Source of the DNA: Octopus bimaculoides
Taxonomy: Eukaryota
DNA: 64,000 nucleotides
Reading direction: 5' to 3'
NCBI RefSeq assembly: GCF_001194135.2
Contig: NC_068981.1
Location: 37,307,235 to 37,371,234 of the forward strand
This document shows, piece by piece, positions 51,157 through 64,000 of this stretch (positions are counted from its first letter, which is position 1; every line of letters begins with the position of its first letter). The notes under the pieces were generated by a model. The model searched no databases. It was given only the letters and a program-made list of their open reading frames with translations, and was not told the origin of the DNA. The position numbers and the translations under genes are program-made.

Positions 51157-52675
51157 CATATATATACATGCATATATGTGAGTGTTTGTGTGTGTTTATG
51201 TGTGTCAGTGCAATGTTCCAGGTTAATAAGAATGTATGAGAAATAATCTCATGTTAGTGTGATCATCATGAATGTGATACACAGCCCACCAAATGTTAAA
51301 TAACTGTTTATCAACTCTAATACCACATTAAAATTAAATAGATAAGAGAACATTATCAAGAGTGTGAAAATAGGCAGTTGGCGAGACCAAAGTTAACATC
51401 TATTGATAACTAAAGGTGTATTGCACAGAAGATATGTGAAACCTAGAGGGTTGAATATGTTGATGGCACTAAAGGACTAGCTTGGAGCATTCAGTCTGGG
51501 GAAAGTGACAGAGTGGAAATTAGTTGAAATATTAATATGCCCCTATTTTTCTTTGGTGGAATCTTACTACCACTCTGTGTGTGGTATGCAGTTATTTGTG
51601 TTTATGTACAAATGTGGTTACTTGTTATATTTTATTGATCTTTTGATCCACCTTCATCGCACATACACACACATGCATATCCACAGTTTGTAGCTTGTTT
51701 TATGACATGCTTTGCATTGTGTGTATGGGCCCTTGTGGCCAATAAAGAACAGATTATTAGTATTATTTTCACATGGTAAATTACATCTGGTTTTGGAATT
51801 CTTGGCAGGTTTCACAGAACATGCCTCCACATCCTGCTCATAAATTGTTCGAACATGTACAATAAAGGAACCGGAGAGCTGGAAAGGATATAAAATATAT
51901 CTGGAAGTGATCCATGATTTCTCATCCAGGACATATATGCTCCCTGAGGAATATGATAAATTTCCATTAAAAAAAGAAAATAATAAAGAAAAGGAGAAAA
52001 GAAAACGTCAACATAATAAAACATACTTGTCAACATGCAAATATTAATCAATAACGAACCAGAAGAGACAAAATCTGAACAAAAAAAAATTTTAGAAATA
52101 AGAATGAGAAAAAAAGAAACAAAGAAAATATTGATGGAGAAGAGCTGGGCATAAACAACGAAGAAACAATTATTTTCGAATGTTTGTCCTTGATGCTATT
52201 CTTGTTTGTTATTGTTTACAGTCATTACTGTTATTGTTTTTGTTACTGGCATTGTTGTTGTTGCAGTCGTTGCATCCGTTGAATTTATTTTCCTGTAGCA
52301 TGCTTTCATGAAGAGAATAGAGAATGTGAGTAACAAAGAAATACAGAGGAACTGAGTTAGTGAGGGGGAAAGAGTGAGTATGTAAGAGAGAGAGAGAGAG
52401 AGAAATGAAATACAATAGATAAATTTGCCAACCCTCTCAAGTACCGAAAAACAGGTGAGAGGAGGTGGGTCAGTTTCACAAAAAGACAGAGTTAAAAGAT
52501 TGGGAAATGTTGATGTATATACATGTTGTAAATAAATGCATGTGTATGTATGCGTGCAAGAAAGAGTTTTTGATAGAAAAAGTGAGACGTGCCTGTATAT
52601 TTCGGATTATTTTGTATTTATGTATATGCATAGATGTATATATATATGTGTGTGTGTGTGTGTGCAATATGTATG

Positions 52676-52717
<42 letters not shown>

Positions 52718-52726
<9 letters not shown>

Positions 52727-53453
52727 TAGGGTAAAAAATCAGATATTAATTAATATCGATTTATTACCAGGAAGCTAGCACATTGAAAGAATCAGAGAGA
52801 TTCAGAAAAAAATATCTGAGATCTTAGCGGATTAAAGTATATGTTTATATATAACGATGACCACTAAAGTGGACATTTAATGTGCTAGAAGAAGATCCCA
52901 TGTTGTGTCTACTAAGACCTAATAGTTCTCAAAAGAAAATCAGCGAAATACCAAACCGTATGCGGGCAAGACAGTGAAAATTACATAAATAAAATTAAAA
53001 CATTGTTTTTCGNNNNNNNNNNNNNNNNNNNNNNNNNNNNNNNNNNNNNNNNNNNNNNNNNNNNNNNNNNNNNNNNNNNNNNNNNNNNNNNNNNNNNNNN
53101 NNNNNNNNNNNNNNNNNNNNNNNNNNNNNNNNNNNNNNNNNNNNNNNNNNNNNNNNNNNNNNNNNNNNNNNNNNNNNNNNNNNNNNNNNNNNNNNNNNNN
53201 NNNNNNNNNNNNNNNNNNNNNNNNNNNNNNNNNNNNNNNNNNNNNNNNNNNNNNNNNNNNNNNNNNNNNNNNNNNNNNNNNNNNNNNNNNNNNNNNNNNN
53301 NNNNNNNNNNNNNNNNNNNNNNNNNNNNNNNNNNNNNNNNNNNNNNNNNNNNNNNNNNNNNNNNNNNNNNNNNNNNNNNNNNNNNNNNNNNNNNNNNNNN
53401 NNNNNNNNNNNNNNNNNNNNNNNNNNNNNNNNNNNNNNNNNNNNNNNNNNNNN
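52718..53453. repeat. Unclassified repeat embedded between (TA)n tracts, partly in an assembly gap
   Basis: Flanked by (TA)n at 52684-52717 and 53454-53487; only 52718-53012 is sequenced. Confidence 0.4.
53013..53453. other. Assembly gap (N)
   Basis: Run of N. Confidence 1.
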
Positions 53454-53490
<37 letters not shown>

Positions 53491-56400
53491 CAAGCATGCG
53501 TATTCACATTTGTGCTTAAATTGTGTTCACTGACAATCCATACAAGGTAAAGAGTCAGTGATTCAATCCATGGTTACTCAATGTTTCTCTGTATACATCA
53601 GGTATGTGCTTGTCATTCTTCAGATGATATTGGGAATATGAAAAGGCGGGAGATGTGTCTGTTGCTGTAAGGTCAATTCTCAATGGTCAAGTGAAGTCAC
53701 ATGATGGGACTTGTTCCGCTCTTCAGAGACACTGTCCTTATTCTTTTGTGCCTTGTGGAAGAAACAACTCAGAGTTGCTATCTTCATGAATGCTAATTTC
53801 ATGAGAATAGTTAGGATTGAGACCTCACCCAGTGGTGATAATTAGACAATAACTCTGGTCTCTGATTTAGAGATGTCACAGGTTCTGAAACTTTTCTATT
53901 AGAAAATACTACAGTTCTGTACCATTATTAATGTATGGTTTGGTCCTGTCAATGATGTTAAATGTTGAGCCCAGAGTTTCCAGATGAATTGTTACAAGGA
54001 CATGGAACTTATCTTTAAATGAACGGGGATATTGGAAAAACAAAATGCCTCTTCAAAGTGTTCACTGACAATCACATATAGTTCCTTTCAATGCCGTCTG
54101 GAAGTTTTATAGTTGTACAGTGTACAATTCTTTCGAGAGGCGGGATTCAATGAGAAGATATTCACACAAATTCCAACAGTTACAACCTCTTTAGAGAAAA
54201 AATGTTGGAACTATTTTCTTTATCGCTCAATACAATTTTTCTAGTAATTCCTTTGACGGGCAAATGTTTTATTGTTATTTGTACTGTTAAACTTATTTAA
54301 AATAATGATATTTCCTCTGTCATAAATGTTTTGTGAAATACGTGTACTCTACTGATAATTGAATTTGTTTTCTCTTTATTATTTACAGCCCATAATCTCT
54401 TTAGCATTTAATGATATTGGTTTGAGTTTGTATTGCTCTAAAACCTTTTCATTGCCTTCTTTTTTACATCCTCCTATGCATCTTTATCTCTAATGAACTG
54501 AATCCTTGCCTTCACTAACAATAATTTTAATTCCTTCAGGGAGTTGAAAACGGTTTTAAGAGAGTGAACATATTTGTAAGGAAGTATATTCAGATACAAC
54601 CTGACTATGACAGTGGAGTGGTATTTTAATAAGATTGGTGAGTATAAGAGGAAATTCTGGCTACATTGCTTCATATAATGGCGATAATGACAGTTTGTTA
54701 TGGAATTATTACCAATAGAGTCCTCTATTGGCCAAGTAAGGACAATCACTCATCTATGAGGATCAATGACCGGTTGGTTGCTGACATTAATAATTTACAG
54801 TTACCAGTGAGTGAAGAATCAAATTGTTATTATGAGTGGACACTGATATTTGTACACCATGCAAATTTCATTGCAGGAAAACCCATGGGTGGCTTTGGAT
54901 TATATAGGTGATTCTGTCACTTAAACGTTGATAGGTTTCCGAGAACATAATGTCAAATAAATAATAAAGTGAGAATTTACTTCACCTGTTTTGGAGAAAA
55001 TCAGTTGATTTCGTGTTTATATAAGAAGATCAAACGATCTAATTTTGTGTCTTGAAGTTTGGGACACTGCTATTTTTAGAATGCAACAGTGGTGGATTCT
55101 TTTCCTTCAGGTCATGATCATAATGGGGTTGTTCTTAGGAGTCCTGTCAAAATATTAGGGAAATAAATAACGATTATAAGTATTGGATGTTGTGGACCTT
55201 TGATGAAATCGATTTTGCCTTATTGTGACAATTAGGAGATGGCCTTAAAGAATTTCACTAGCCATCATACGAGGCAATGCTGCCAGCATTTATTCTTGCC
55301 ATCAACAACCTATTTCGAAGGGAAATGTAGATGTCTTTATTACTGTTTACATATATTTTACACATATTGTCAGTTTGTTGCTACCTTTGCTTTGTAAAAC
55401 ATTGTGAATAATTTAATAATCTAAAGTATTATTATATTTTAATCTTGAGGAACTTATTCTCAAATTTTAATAACTAAAAACCATTTGTTCCTTCACTGTC
55501 TACACAGTTAACGAAATAAGTTTAAAAAGAGCATCGTCATCGCAATTCCTGTTGATAGCTACTTGCTGGTTTGTCAGTTAACTTGCTTGTCAATATTGCC
55601 TGTCTTCTTATTCAGATCTCAAAAACAAGTTGTCACAAGGAAACATAAAATGAAGTCTCTATAAAAATGTACTTGCTTTAGTTTGTATTTTGTTAGCCAC
55701 TTCTGCATTGAGTAGCTATGATAATTTATGAGTAGAAGAAAAATTTCGTTTCGCAAATTTATGTATTTTTCCATGAACGAGGAAAACAAGCAGAAGTAAT
55801 ATATTCCTACCTCTTTATGTTGAGGGTTCAGAGAAAAAAAATTTCTGAGAGTTAAGTGAAAAAAAAACCTGGCAACAGCAAAAACAACTGGTATTAATGA
55901 TGGGGACGAGGATGGTGACGACACTTATGATGGCCTTTTACTTTAATATTGCAACAAAGGCGATGAATTAGGGAACGTTATAGAGGCAGCTTGCAAAATG
56001 GAGGTTTACGCTAAAACTGGATGAATTCGAAAATGTCAAAAAGGGCTTGGTCAAAAAAAGTGTCTGTCCTTGTGTCTTCAGTCACATCCACAACACAAAC
56101 GCTTTCTCTATAGCTAACAGAATGCAAAATTACACTTCTTACATAAACTAAGATGGTTGATCAATCCGCATGATGAACCAAACCCATTCAATGCGTGACA
56201 ACAGCTGTTCTCTATAAGACCATGTGTCAGAACAGTGTGAACAGAAAGGTCGTTGCTCTGTGTGCATTTCAAACAGTTCCAGCCAATGATACTTCTGTGC
56301 CTGTAGAATTTATCTCAAACAAGCATTGGCTCCACCCCAGCTGCATTGTCAGAGTCGAGATTTTTGGAAGTTTCCTATAGCTCCTGAGCAGAACTATCCA

Positions 56401-57098
56401 TGGAGCAGACCAGCCAGTTGATTTTCATTGATGCCTAGATTGTCTTGAATAATATTGTCGCACTTATTCACTCTTAGTCCTCAACAGAATGCTAAAGGAG
56501 GAATTTCACCAGTTGAACTCTGCATAAATTCATAGAGGACTGTGAGTGTTTGACAATATTCCAGATACCAGGTGCCCAATTTGATCTTAAATTGATTAGA
56601 GTCTATATCTCCGTCAAAGAGACAAGCTATGGGGAAAATGCCTTTGTCAGGCATTTTTCCACAAGCTAATCATTGAGAAAGCTCTGTGTATATCACAGCT
56701 TCAGTAAATATCTGTGTATCTTCAGACCCAAGTGTCCCCAGCAATCCATGCAGGTTGTAATGATAATAGATGGACCACCTGACCATGGAACAAATCCATT
56801 TTATCAGAAGGGAAAGTTGGAATGATCAAATGTGGGAGGACAAAAACAGGGACAAGGTACAATGGTCTTGTGATTATATATAAAAGTGTATGCGATCCAT
56901 TGATTTATAGGTGAGCAGGTGGCTGGCCAGCTTTCTGAAGTTCATATTACAGAAAGTCAAGCTTTTTGCATCAAGACACTCGAGGAGCATTGTCCCCACT
57001 CCCAGCTCCTCATTTGAGTGTTATAAAATTAACACATGACTACTAATGGGTTAAATTCTTGGTGATAAAGTCTACATAAATAACCAGCTAATATCCCT

Positions 57099-58547
57099 CC
57101 CTTTCGTTACCATATTTCTAACCAAATTACACCCCTTATGTGTTTCAATTAATTTCTAACATAATCATAAATTTAGGCTGGTTTCGTTAAACAACTCTAA
57201 CTTTTTTATTTATCAACATATTAATGTGATTTTTGGAAGATAAATTAACGAAAGGTTCTCAACCAATTCTATACCAAAATTTTTGTCACAAAGTGACTTT
57301 AATTACAGGTAAATACAACAAAATATAAAATTATTTAAATTTTTGTTCAAACATCGCTATAGAAAATGGGTTATTAGCTAATATTCAATTGGGTATACAA
57401 CAAAATATTATTATAGAAGAGTTGTGCACATTACTGGATTTATTACTGTCTCTTTTGCCAGTATAAAATTAAAATCCAGAGCNNNNNNNNNNNNNNNNNN
57501 NNNNNNNNNNNNNNNNNNNNNNNNNNNNNNNNNNNNNNNNNNNNNNNNNNNNNNNNNNNNNNNNNNNNNNNNNNNNNNNNNNNNNNNNNNNNNNNNNNNN
57601 NNNNNNNNNNNNNNNNNNNNNNNNNNNNNNNNNNNNNNNNNNNNNNNNNNNNNNNNNNNNNNNNNNNNNNNNNNNNNNNNNNNNNNNNNNNNNNNNNNNN
57701 NNNNNNNNNNNNNNNNNNNNNNNNNNNNNNNNNNNNNNNNNNNNNNNNNNNNNNNNNNNNNNNNNNNNNNNNNNNNNNNNNNNNNNNNNNNNNNNNNNNN
57801 NNNNNNNNNNNNNNNNNNNNNNNNNNNNNNNNNNNNNNNNNNNNNNNNNNNNNNNNNNNNNNNNNNNNNNNNNNNNNNNNNNNNNNNNNNNNNNNNNNNN
57901 NNNNNNNNNNNNNNNNNNNNNNNNNNNNNNNNNNNNNNNNNNNNNNNNNNNNNNNNNNNNNNNNNNNNNNNNNNNNNNNNNNNNNNNNNNNNNNNNNNNN
58001 NNNNNNNNNNNNNNNNNNNNNNNNNNNNNNNNNNNNNNNNNNNNNNNNNNNNNNNNNNNNNNNNNNNNNNNNNNNNNNNNNNNNNNNNNNNNNNNNNNNN
58101 NNNNNNNNNNNNNNNNNNNNNNNNNNNNNNNNNNNNNNNNNNNNNNNNNNNNNNNNNNNNNNNNNNNNNNNNNNNNNNNNNNNNNNNNNNNNNNNNNNNN
58201 NNNNNNNNNNNNNNNNNNNNNNNNNNNNNNNNNNNNNNNNNNNNNNNNNNNNNNNNNNNNNNNNNNNNNNNNNNNNNNNNNNNNNNNNNNNNNNNNNNNN
58301 NNNNNNAAATTTGGAAAAAAATCTCCCAAAATTCACAAAATTAAAAAAACACGTTGATCGTCGTACAAAACTATAGCTGAACTGTTACACAAATAATCAC
58401 GTGTTTTCACGAATGTACTAACGAGATTTGCTCAGATATTCTCATTTAAATATGAATAGGTGATTACGGGCGGTTTTGGGCGGCTTGGTCACATGAACCA
58501 AAATTTTTTTCGGGCGGCTTTGGGCGGTTTGGTAACGAAAGGGTTAA
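57099..58547. mobile_element. piggyBac-like non-autonomous element spanning an assembly gap
   Basis: Perfect 14-bp TIR CCCTTTCGTTACCA (57099-57112) / TGGTAACGAAAGGG (58530-58543). Right end is followed by TTAA; the left TTAA is absent. Confidence 0.6.
57483..58306. other. Assembly gap (N)
   Basis: Run of N. Confidence 1.
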
Positions 58548-60399
58548 AGCTGAATAGACTGGAGCAATATGGAATGAAGTGCCTTCCTCAAAGACACAAT
58601 GTGCTGTTCTGTCCGGGAGTTAAAATCATGATTGTGAAGTGGACACCTTAACTACTAGACCACATAACTTCACAGAGAAGTAACTGAGAGCAAATTATTC
58701 TATATTTAGGAAAGTTCTTTATATTACAATCTTAGAAAGACATTGTAATTTCTGTTTGCAGTCCAACTTGTTACAGTTTAATGTAAAATGCAAGACAGAA
58801 GCTTATGAACTCTGGTCATTTATTATAGTAATCTTAATTCTCAAATACTGAAATTTAATAGATATATTTGGAAAGAAATTATAAACCTTAATATTTTCTC
58901 AGTATGACTAACAAATAATTATTATTTTATGAAGCTTTTTGATAAACTATGCATTTAAATTTTAAAAGTAATTGCCTAAGTTGATTAAAGAGGCTGGATA
59001 TTATAATGAGATGATTACTATTACAAAATTAGAGGAAAACCGATCTTTTTCTCAAAAAGAAAGCCTAAGCCACCAAGGTTTCCAAATTTCTGTTGTATAT
59101 GGAATTACTACTGCAATAAGATGTGTTGCTAACCAGAAATGAAAAACTGAATTTAATTATAAACAAAGACAACATGCCTACATGAAGAAAATGTTATTAA
59201 AGAAATATGCAGCATGCACTAAAATAAGTCCTCATATGACTGACAATTCTGCCAGATTTTAAGTTTTTCACCAAAAAGAAAATGATTAGATGAAAGCAGA
59301 GTAAAAAAAAAAAACAATTAAACCATGAATTTTAATAGCCTGCTTTTCATTTTAACAGGAGGAAAATAAATTTTAAAAAATCCATTGCTAATCAGATTCA
59401 ACTCAACGGAGCAGGCAGGAGGTGACAGGACCTAATTGGGAGAGTGAAGAGAAAGTTGAAGAAAGCAGTAGTGCATTGGGAAGAGCTGATGGATTATTTT
59501 CAAGGATTGCTGCTTCATAAATGAAGATGATGAAGAGTATCAATGAAGAATGGAAGCTATCAGGAATAATGTTTATGACACAATTTTATGCATGAGATGA
59601 TTTCCTTCTTTCTTGGTCTAATGATTATGAGGAGCTGATCTGATGTATTATATTCATTTGATTTGGTCTTTTTACTTTCTCTGTTTTTTCTCCGTTTCTT
59701 TAATATATGCTTTTGTGTATTTGTGTATTTGTGCATCATGGCATCAGCAAATTGTATTTTATAGAAATAAAACATAACCAGCATCTAAAAATTTCTTCCC
59801 ATAAAGCAAAAAGAAAGAATTATATTTGAATTTGCCAAAATCAGTATCTTTCGGCAAAAACAGTATAGTTATTTCAATCAACGTGTGTTTTAGATATAAA
59901 ATTGTGGAAACGAAAACAAAATATGTAAAATATGTCTTCCTAAGAACATATTTCAAATATCTTAACAAAAGAATTGAAGTTCCAAGTTACACAGATACAA
60001 ATATACTGTGACTTTCTCAAATAACATTTTCTTCATATGAGCATGTTTTAATTGTTTATAATTATATTCAATCCCTCAATTCTTGTCAGAAACATTTTTA
60101 TTGCAGTAATGATTCCTAATATTTAGTCTGTAACATTGAAGAATGACAATTCCATGGAAAACAGAAATTAGGAAACTTTGATTTCTTAGGCCTTCTTTTG
60201 ACAAACATATTGGATTTTTTTTTTCAAGTTTGAAGTAGTTATTACCTTACAATTAAAATGCATACTTTATCAGGAATCTTTACTAAATTATAAGTATTTA
60301 CTTATCATAGTGAGAAAATGTTTTTCCTTTTTAAATCTAATTCTAAATATATTCTCATGAAATATTTATCATGCCAAACCTAACAAAAACTCACTTATC

Positions 60400-61950
60400 C
60401 TATAAAGGCACAGTCAGTAAGACAACTTTAACTTTTATAGTATCTTTGCTAACATGCTTAAACTTAAGCAGTTTCATAAATCTAGGAAGACACAGTCTTT
60501 TGTTAAAACAACTATACAAACTTCATTTTCGGTCATATTTGACTAAATATACTAAATTTATTTCTTTTGATATAGAAGCATGAATCAGTGGACTATGACT
60601 CTACCATTTACAACCCTATTTCCTTAATTTTTTAGCTCATTAGAGACTTTGAGTAACATAACCACAGAACCAAATCTACAAGAGACTTTTTCTTCTACTT
60701 CATACACCAGAGATCACTGGTACTTGAAACTTTGAAAGAAGTAATTTTGCTGCACTTGACACCTGTAATACTTTTGATATGCCTGGTAAAATAATCTTTT
60801 AATAGCCTCCACCTTATGCTTGACACTGGGATTGTAAACTTTTTATAGTTTCCTGATAGAACTATCTCCAACCCATTGTATCAACTCTGGTGTACCTAAG
60901 ATTTCAGTTATATTTCCCACATTCTTCTCACTATACACTAATGCATTTCTTTTTGTCACATCTAATAACACACATTTCTATGCAAATGAAACCACATTAA
61001 CTTTTTACCTCACTGTGAACAGAAATCATCTACTCAAAAACTCGCCTCAGATACCCTAAAACTAACTTACACTTTTCTCATGAGCTGGAATCTCAAACAA
61101 CATCATTTACTGTAAGAGAATGAGCCAAAAAGAAAGCCCCTGTGTAATTTTTCTAGTCTATTAGAACTAGAGACCAAATCTCTCTGAAATCACACCCCCA
61201 TCATCTTAAAAGAGAGACACTGGACAATGCATCGTGTCAGAAAAAAAAGATAGGATGATATGATTAATCAGACTTCGTTTGATCTTAAATCTGCTCAATA
61301 AACTTTGATGTGGGGATAAACAACAATGACAACATCGTTCAATTATATCAAGACAACCTATTTTCATTCAACATGACAAAGATATTGTTACTATCTTCTT
61401 ACATGTGAAATCATGCCATTAAAGCTCCAAAAGACGTTATTTTTTTTTATCTCTAATGGTGGCTTACATATATAAAATCACCAAAACTTCATCCTCATGA
61501 TAAAGTCTTTTCTTGCAAACCAAAAATCACTTCATCCATGACCAGTTGCTTATCGTCTATTAAAACCCAAGGACACTGCTAATGTATCTGAGGTAGTGCT
61601 GCTGCTATATATATATATATATATATAAAGAATCTTATATGGCATCCAAAAGACGACTTCTCAAATAATTAGTTAAAATTTACTCAATTACAATAGTGGC
61701 ATACGGATGCATTAATGCATCTCTGTAACTTTCATCTCTATCTCAATATCTCTTTTCCATTCAAACAACAAGCAACATAACGATCTGCCTAGACTCATCT
61801 AGCACAAAAAATATCTTCCTAGTTTCATCTTTACCCTGTATCACTTTTCATATCATTTGTCCCCAATAATGCAAACCTTGGAATTCTCTCTCTTCCTACA
61901 TTTTACCTAAACACATCAACTTACAGAAGTCTGAACGAAACATAAGCTAC
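60400..61950 (+). mobile_element. Heavily decayed CR1/L2/Jockey-group LINE (RT and C-terminus), interrupted by a family D repeat
   Basis: YNPISLIFSSLE, NFAALDT..FD, INSGVPKISVIFPTFFSLYTN..HFYANETTL (=GVPQGSVL..YADDTTL), and a final LWNSLP-like LGILSL..PKHINLQK segment. A/C-rich plus strand. Confidence 0.7.
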
Positions 61951-64000
61951 TTCATACCCATACATTTAGAAGGCTCTGTAAAGAACATGGGCACTGCCTC
62001 ACTTCCTTTTGAGTCATTTATGAAATAGCAGATTAGTTTAGTCCTATTCTCTATGCATTGATACAATCAAGGAAATTTATGTATTATAGCTACAGCAATT
62101 GTATCAAGAATATATTGTATGTTAAAATTGAGTAAAAAGTCAAGTTTAGCCCACAATGATTCATAATGAATCCCTTGAAGCAAGGGACTACTCTATTTTC
62201 TCCTTAATTTTCTATTGTAATTCTGCAAGTTGAAATAATTTCTTGAATCGATGAACATATTCTTTTTAAGAAACGTTAGGTGTCAATTGTTTATAACGAT
62301 TTCTTATAAGTCATTATTATACTATTGTTTTTCTTTCTTGCAAGTATTCCAAATAAATAGATTGTCGTCGTCATCGTCATCATCATCATCCTCTGTCATC
62401 AACAACATAAGCAACATTTCTTTTACAGCTGTGCTAAAGCTCGCATCATAATAAATCACAACTACCATCTAGGTTTAACATTTTATATTTGTAATTTTTA
62501 TAACAGACAAAAGTACTAATATTGCAAAACTATTTCTGATATTGTCAAAAGAAAATGCTTCCAGTTTACTTAGATTAATATTAAATAGCTTTCAACAATT
62601 CGTTTTTAAGTATATATTTTAGTGTATATAGCATGATTATTTTGTTTGCTCTGCCAACGTTGGTATAAAGGAATATTCCTTAAAAATATTTGCTGCTTCT
62701 TATTCACTATTAGCATACTGTGTTTTCTAATTGTTATTCTCTATCACAAGCCTAAGGCAACTGAATTTCCTTTTGAAAGTTGGATTAAATCACAGTACAT
62801 TATTGTATTTCTCTGGTCTAGACATATTTTGCTTTTTATGAGGCTTTATCACTTTGTTTCATGACTGTTAAATCCAAGAAAAGCACTTTCTTTTAAAACA
62901 AAAGAAAAATCAAATAAGCAACATACTAAAATTAACAGCTAAATCTGCCTCAAATAACACCTTACAGTCTTAAAAAGAAGACGTACTAAACAATGCAATC
63001 CTGAGTATATATTAATCTGGAAGAAAGATGCAATAAAAAAAGAAAAGAGAAGTTACAAGAGAAACGTGAGTAGATCAACAACATGAAATGCGTAAAAAAT
63101 TTCAGAGCCAACAACTGAGAAGAAAATAGTCAAAGGAAACTTTGGAAAAGCAAAAGTACGTTATTTTAAAACTCTGTTATGTAGATAAAATAAAAAGCAC
63201 CAACGTTCAAACATACCTCCATTAACAACAAATTGCAAAGTCAAAAACCATAACTGCCACCATTATTTTCATACTGAAGGTCCCTAATTCAAACTGTAAT
63301 GACAGCCAAAATTTCGACAACAACAACAGTGAAAATAACAATAATAATAATGATAGAATACATACTAAAGCCCAAGTACATCCCATAAAGTACAATAACA
63401 TTGATCAGTATACACCACATACCATAACACTAAAACATTCGAACATACTTTTAACAGAGAGTGCTAACAGATCTCAACATTGTTGGAACTAATAAATTAA
63501 TTTTTGCACATTAATACTGCATCTACATGAAGTAATGCTCCAAATCTTTAAATACATGCCAAAACTATGGTGGAGTCAATACTGTATATATAGAAATTAC
63601 AAATGACATTTAAATGATAATTGACCATACCAATATGCTATAAGTGCAAGTATCTAAAATAAAATCATCAACAAGAACTACATTAATGTAACAAATAAAT
63701 ACTTATCTCTCCTAGAAAATCTTTCATCACAGGTATATCCAATCAAAGTTGACCTGGGATTAACCATCAACTAAATACTTCCAACATAAAAAATAGTAAT
63801 TCAGATTACAGAACTGAAATTGTCAACCTGATAAAAAATACTTACATATAACATAACATCATTATACAAAGCAAAAATAAACTGGACATCAATCAACTAA
63901 ATACAATGAACCAAAAACTGTATACAGCATAAGCCACAAAACAAGCTATAAAACAGTATAAAGAGTAATTAGCATCATCAACAACTTTATCAACTCCTTT

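Noticed and set aside
52854-52880. GATGA-CCACT-AA-AGTGG hairpin resembling a hammerhead ribozyme stem II
   Set aside because: Lacks the CTGA start and the GAAA core after the stem; not a supportable hammerhead.
54749-54781. Minus-strand peptide ATNRSLILIDE resembling the MutS Walker B region
   Set aside because: Immediately followed by a stop rather than the expected LGRGT/FGKGT, no adjacent MutS motifs and no good splice sites; probably chance.
59400-59520. Purine-rich segment with protein-like frames (EVTGPNWESEEKVEE.., LIGRVKRKLKKAVVHWEELMDYF..)
   Set aside because: Short, no donor site, no recognisable homology; purine bias alone explains the low stop density.

Overview
AT-rich, microsatellite-dense animal genomic DNA from a gapped draft assembly, with N-gaps at 32322-32562, 53013-53453 and 57483-58306. 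The repeat repertoire looks like a cephalopod (Octopus-type) genome; this is an inference from recalled repeat families, not a search. It contains no prokaryotic genes, CRISPR arrays, rRNA or bona fide tRNA genes, and no intact protein-coding gene that I can identify. Nearly all ORF-track entries are microsatellite, N-gap or decayed-transposon artefacts. The window is dominated by transposable elements: two complete but dead mariner transposons and one half copy; several RTE-clade LINE 3' ends (old and very young); decayed I/Jockey- and CR1/L2-type LINEs; several tRNA-derived SINE families; and TTAA- and TA-targeting MITE-like elements. An almost continuous ~8.8 kb TE pile-up at 39.36-48.11 kb reads: RTE RT fragment, two stacked R4/Dong-type LINEs, an unclassified repeat, a Ty3/Gypsy element carrying a foreign RNase H-integrase segment inside gag, and a truncated mariner. 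A CpG-retaining non-TE stretch at ~3.6-5.9 kb with divergent splice donors may be a promoter region, and a few exon-like segments are listed at low confidence. I found no convincing new biological system. The best leads are structural: microsatellite-stacked R4 elements, the pol-in-gag Gypsy mosaic, a fold-back at a LINE truncation point, and two unclassified decayed regions at 49.9-51.0 and 53.5-57.05 kb.
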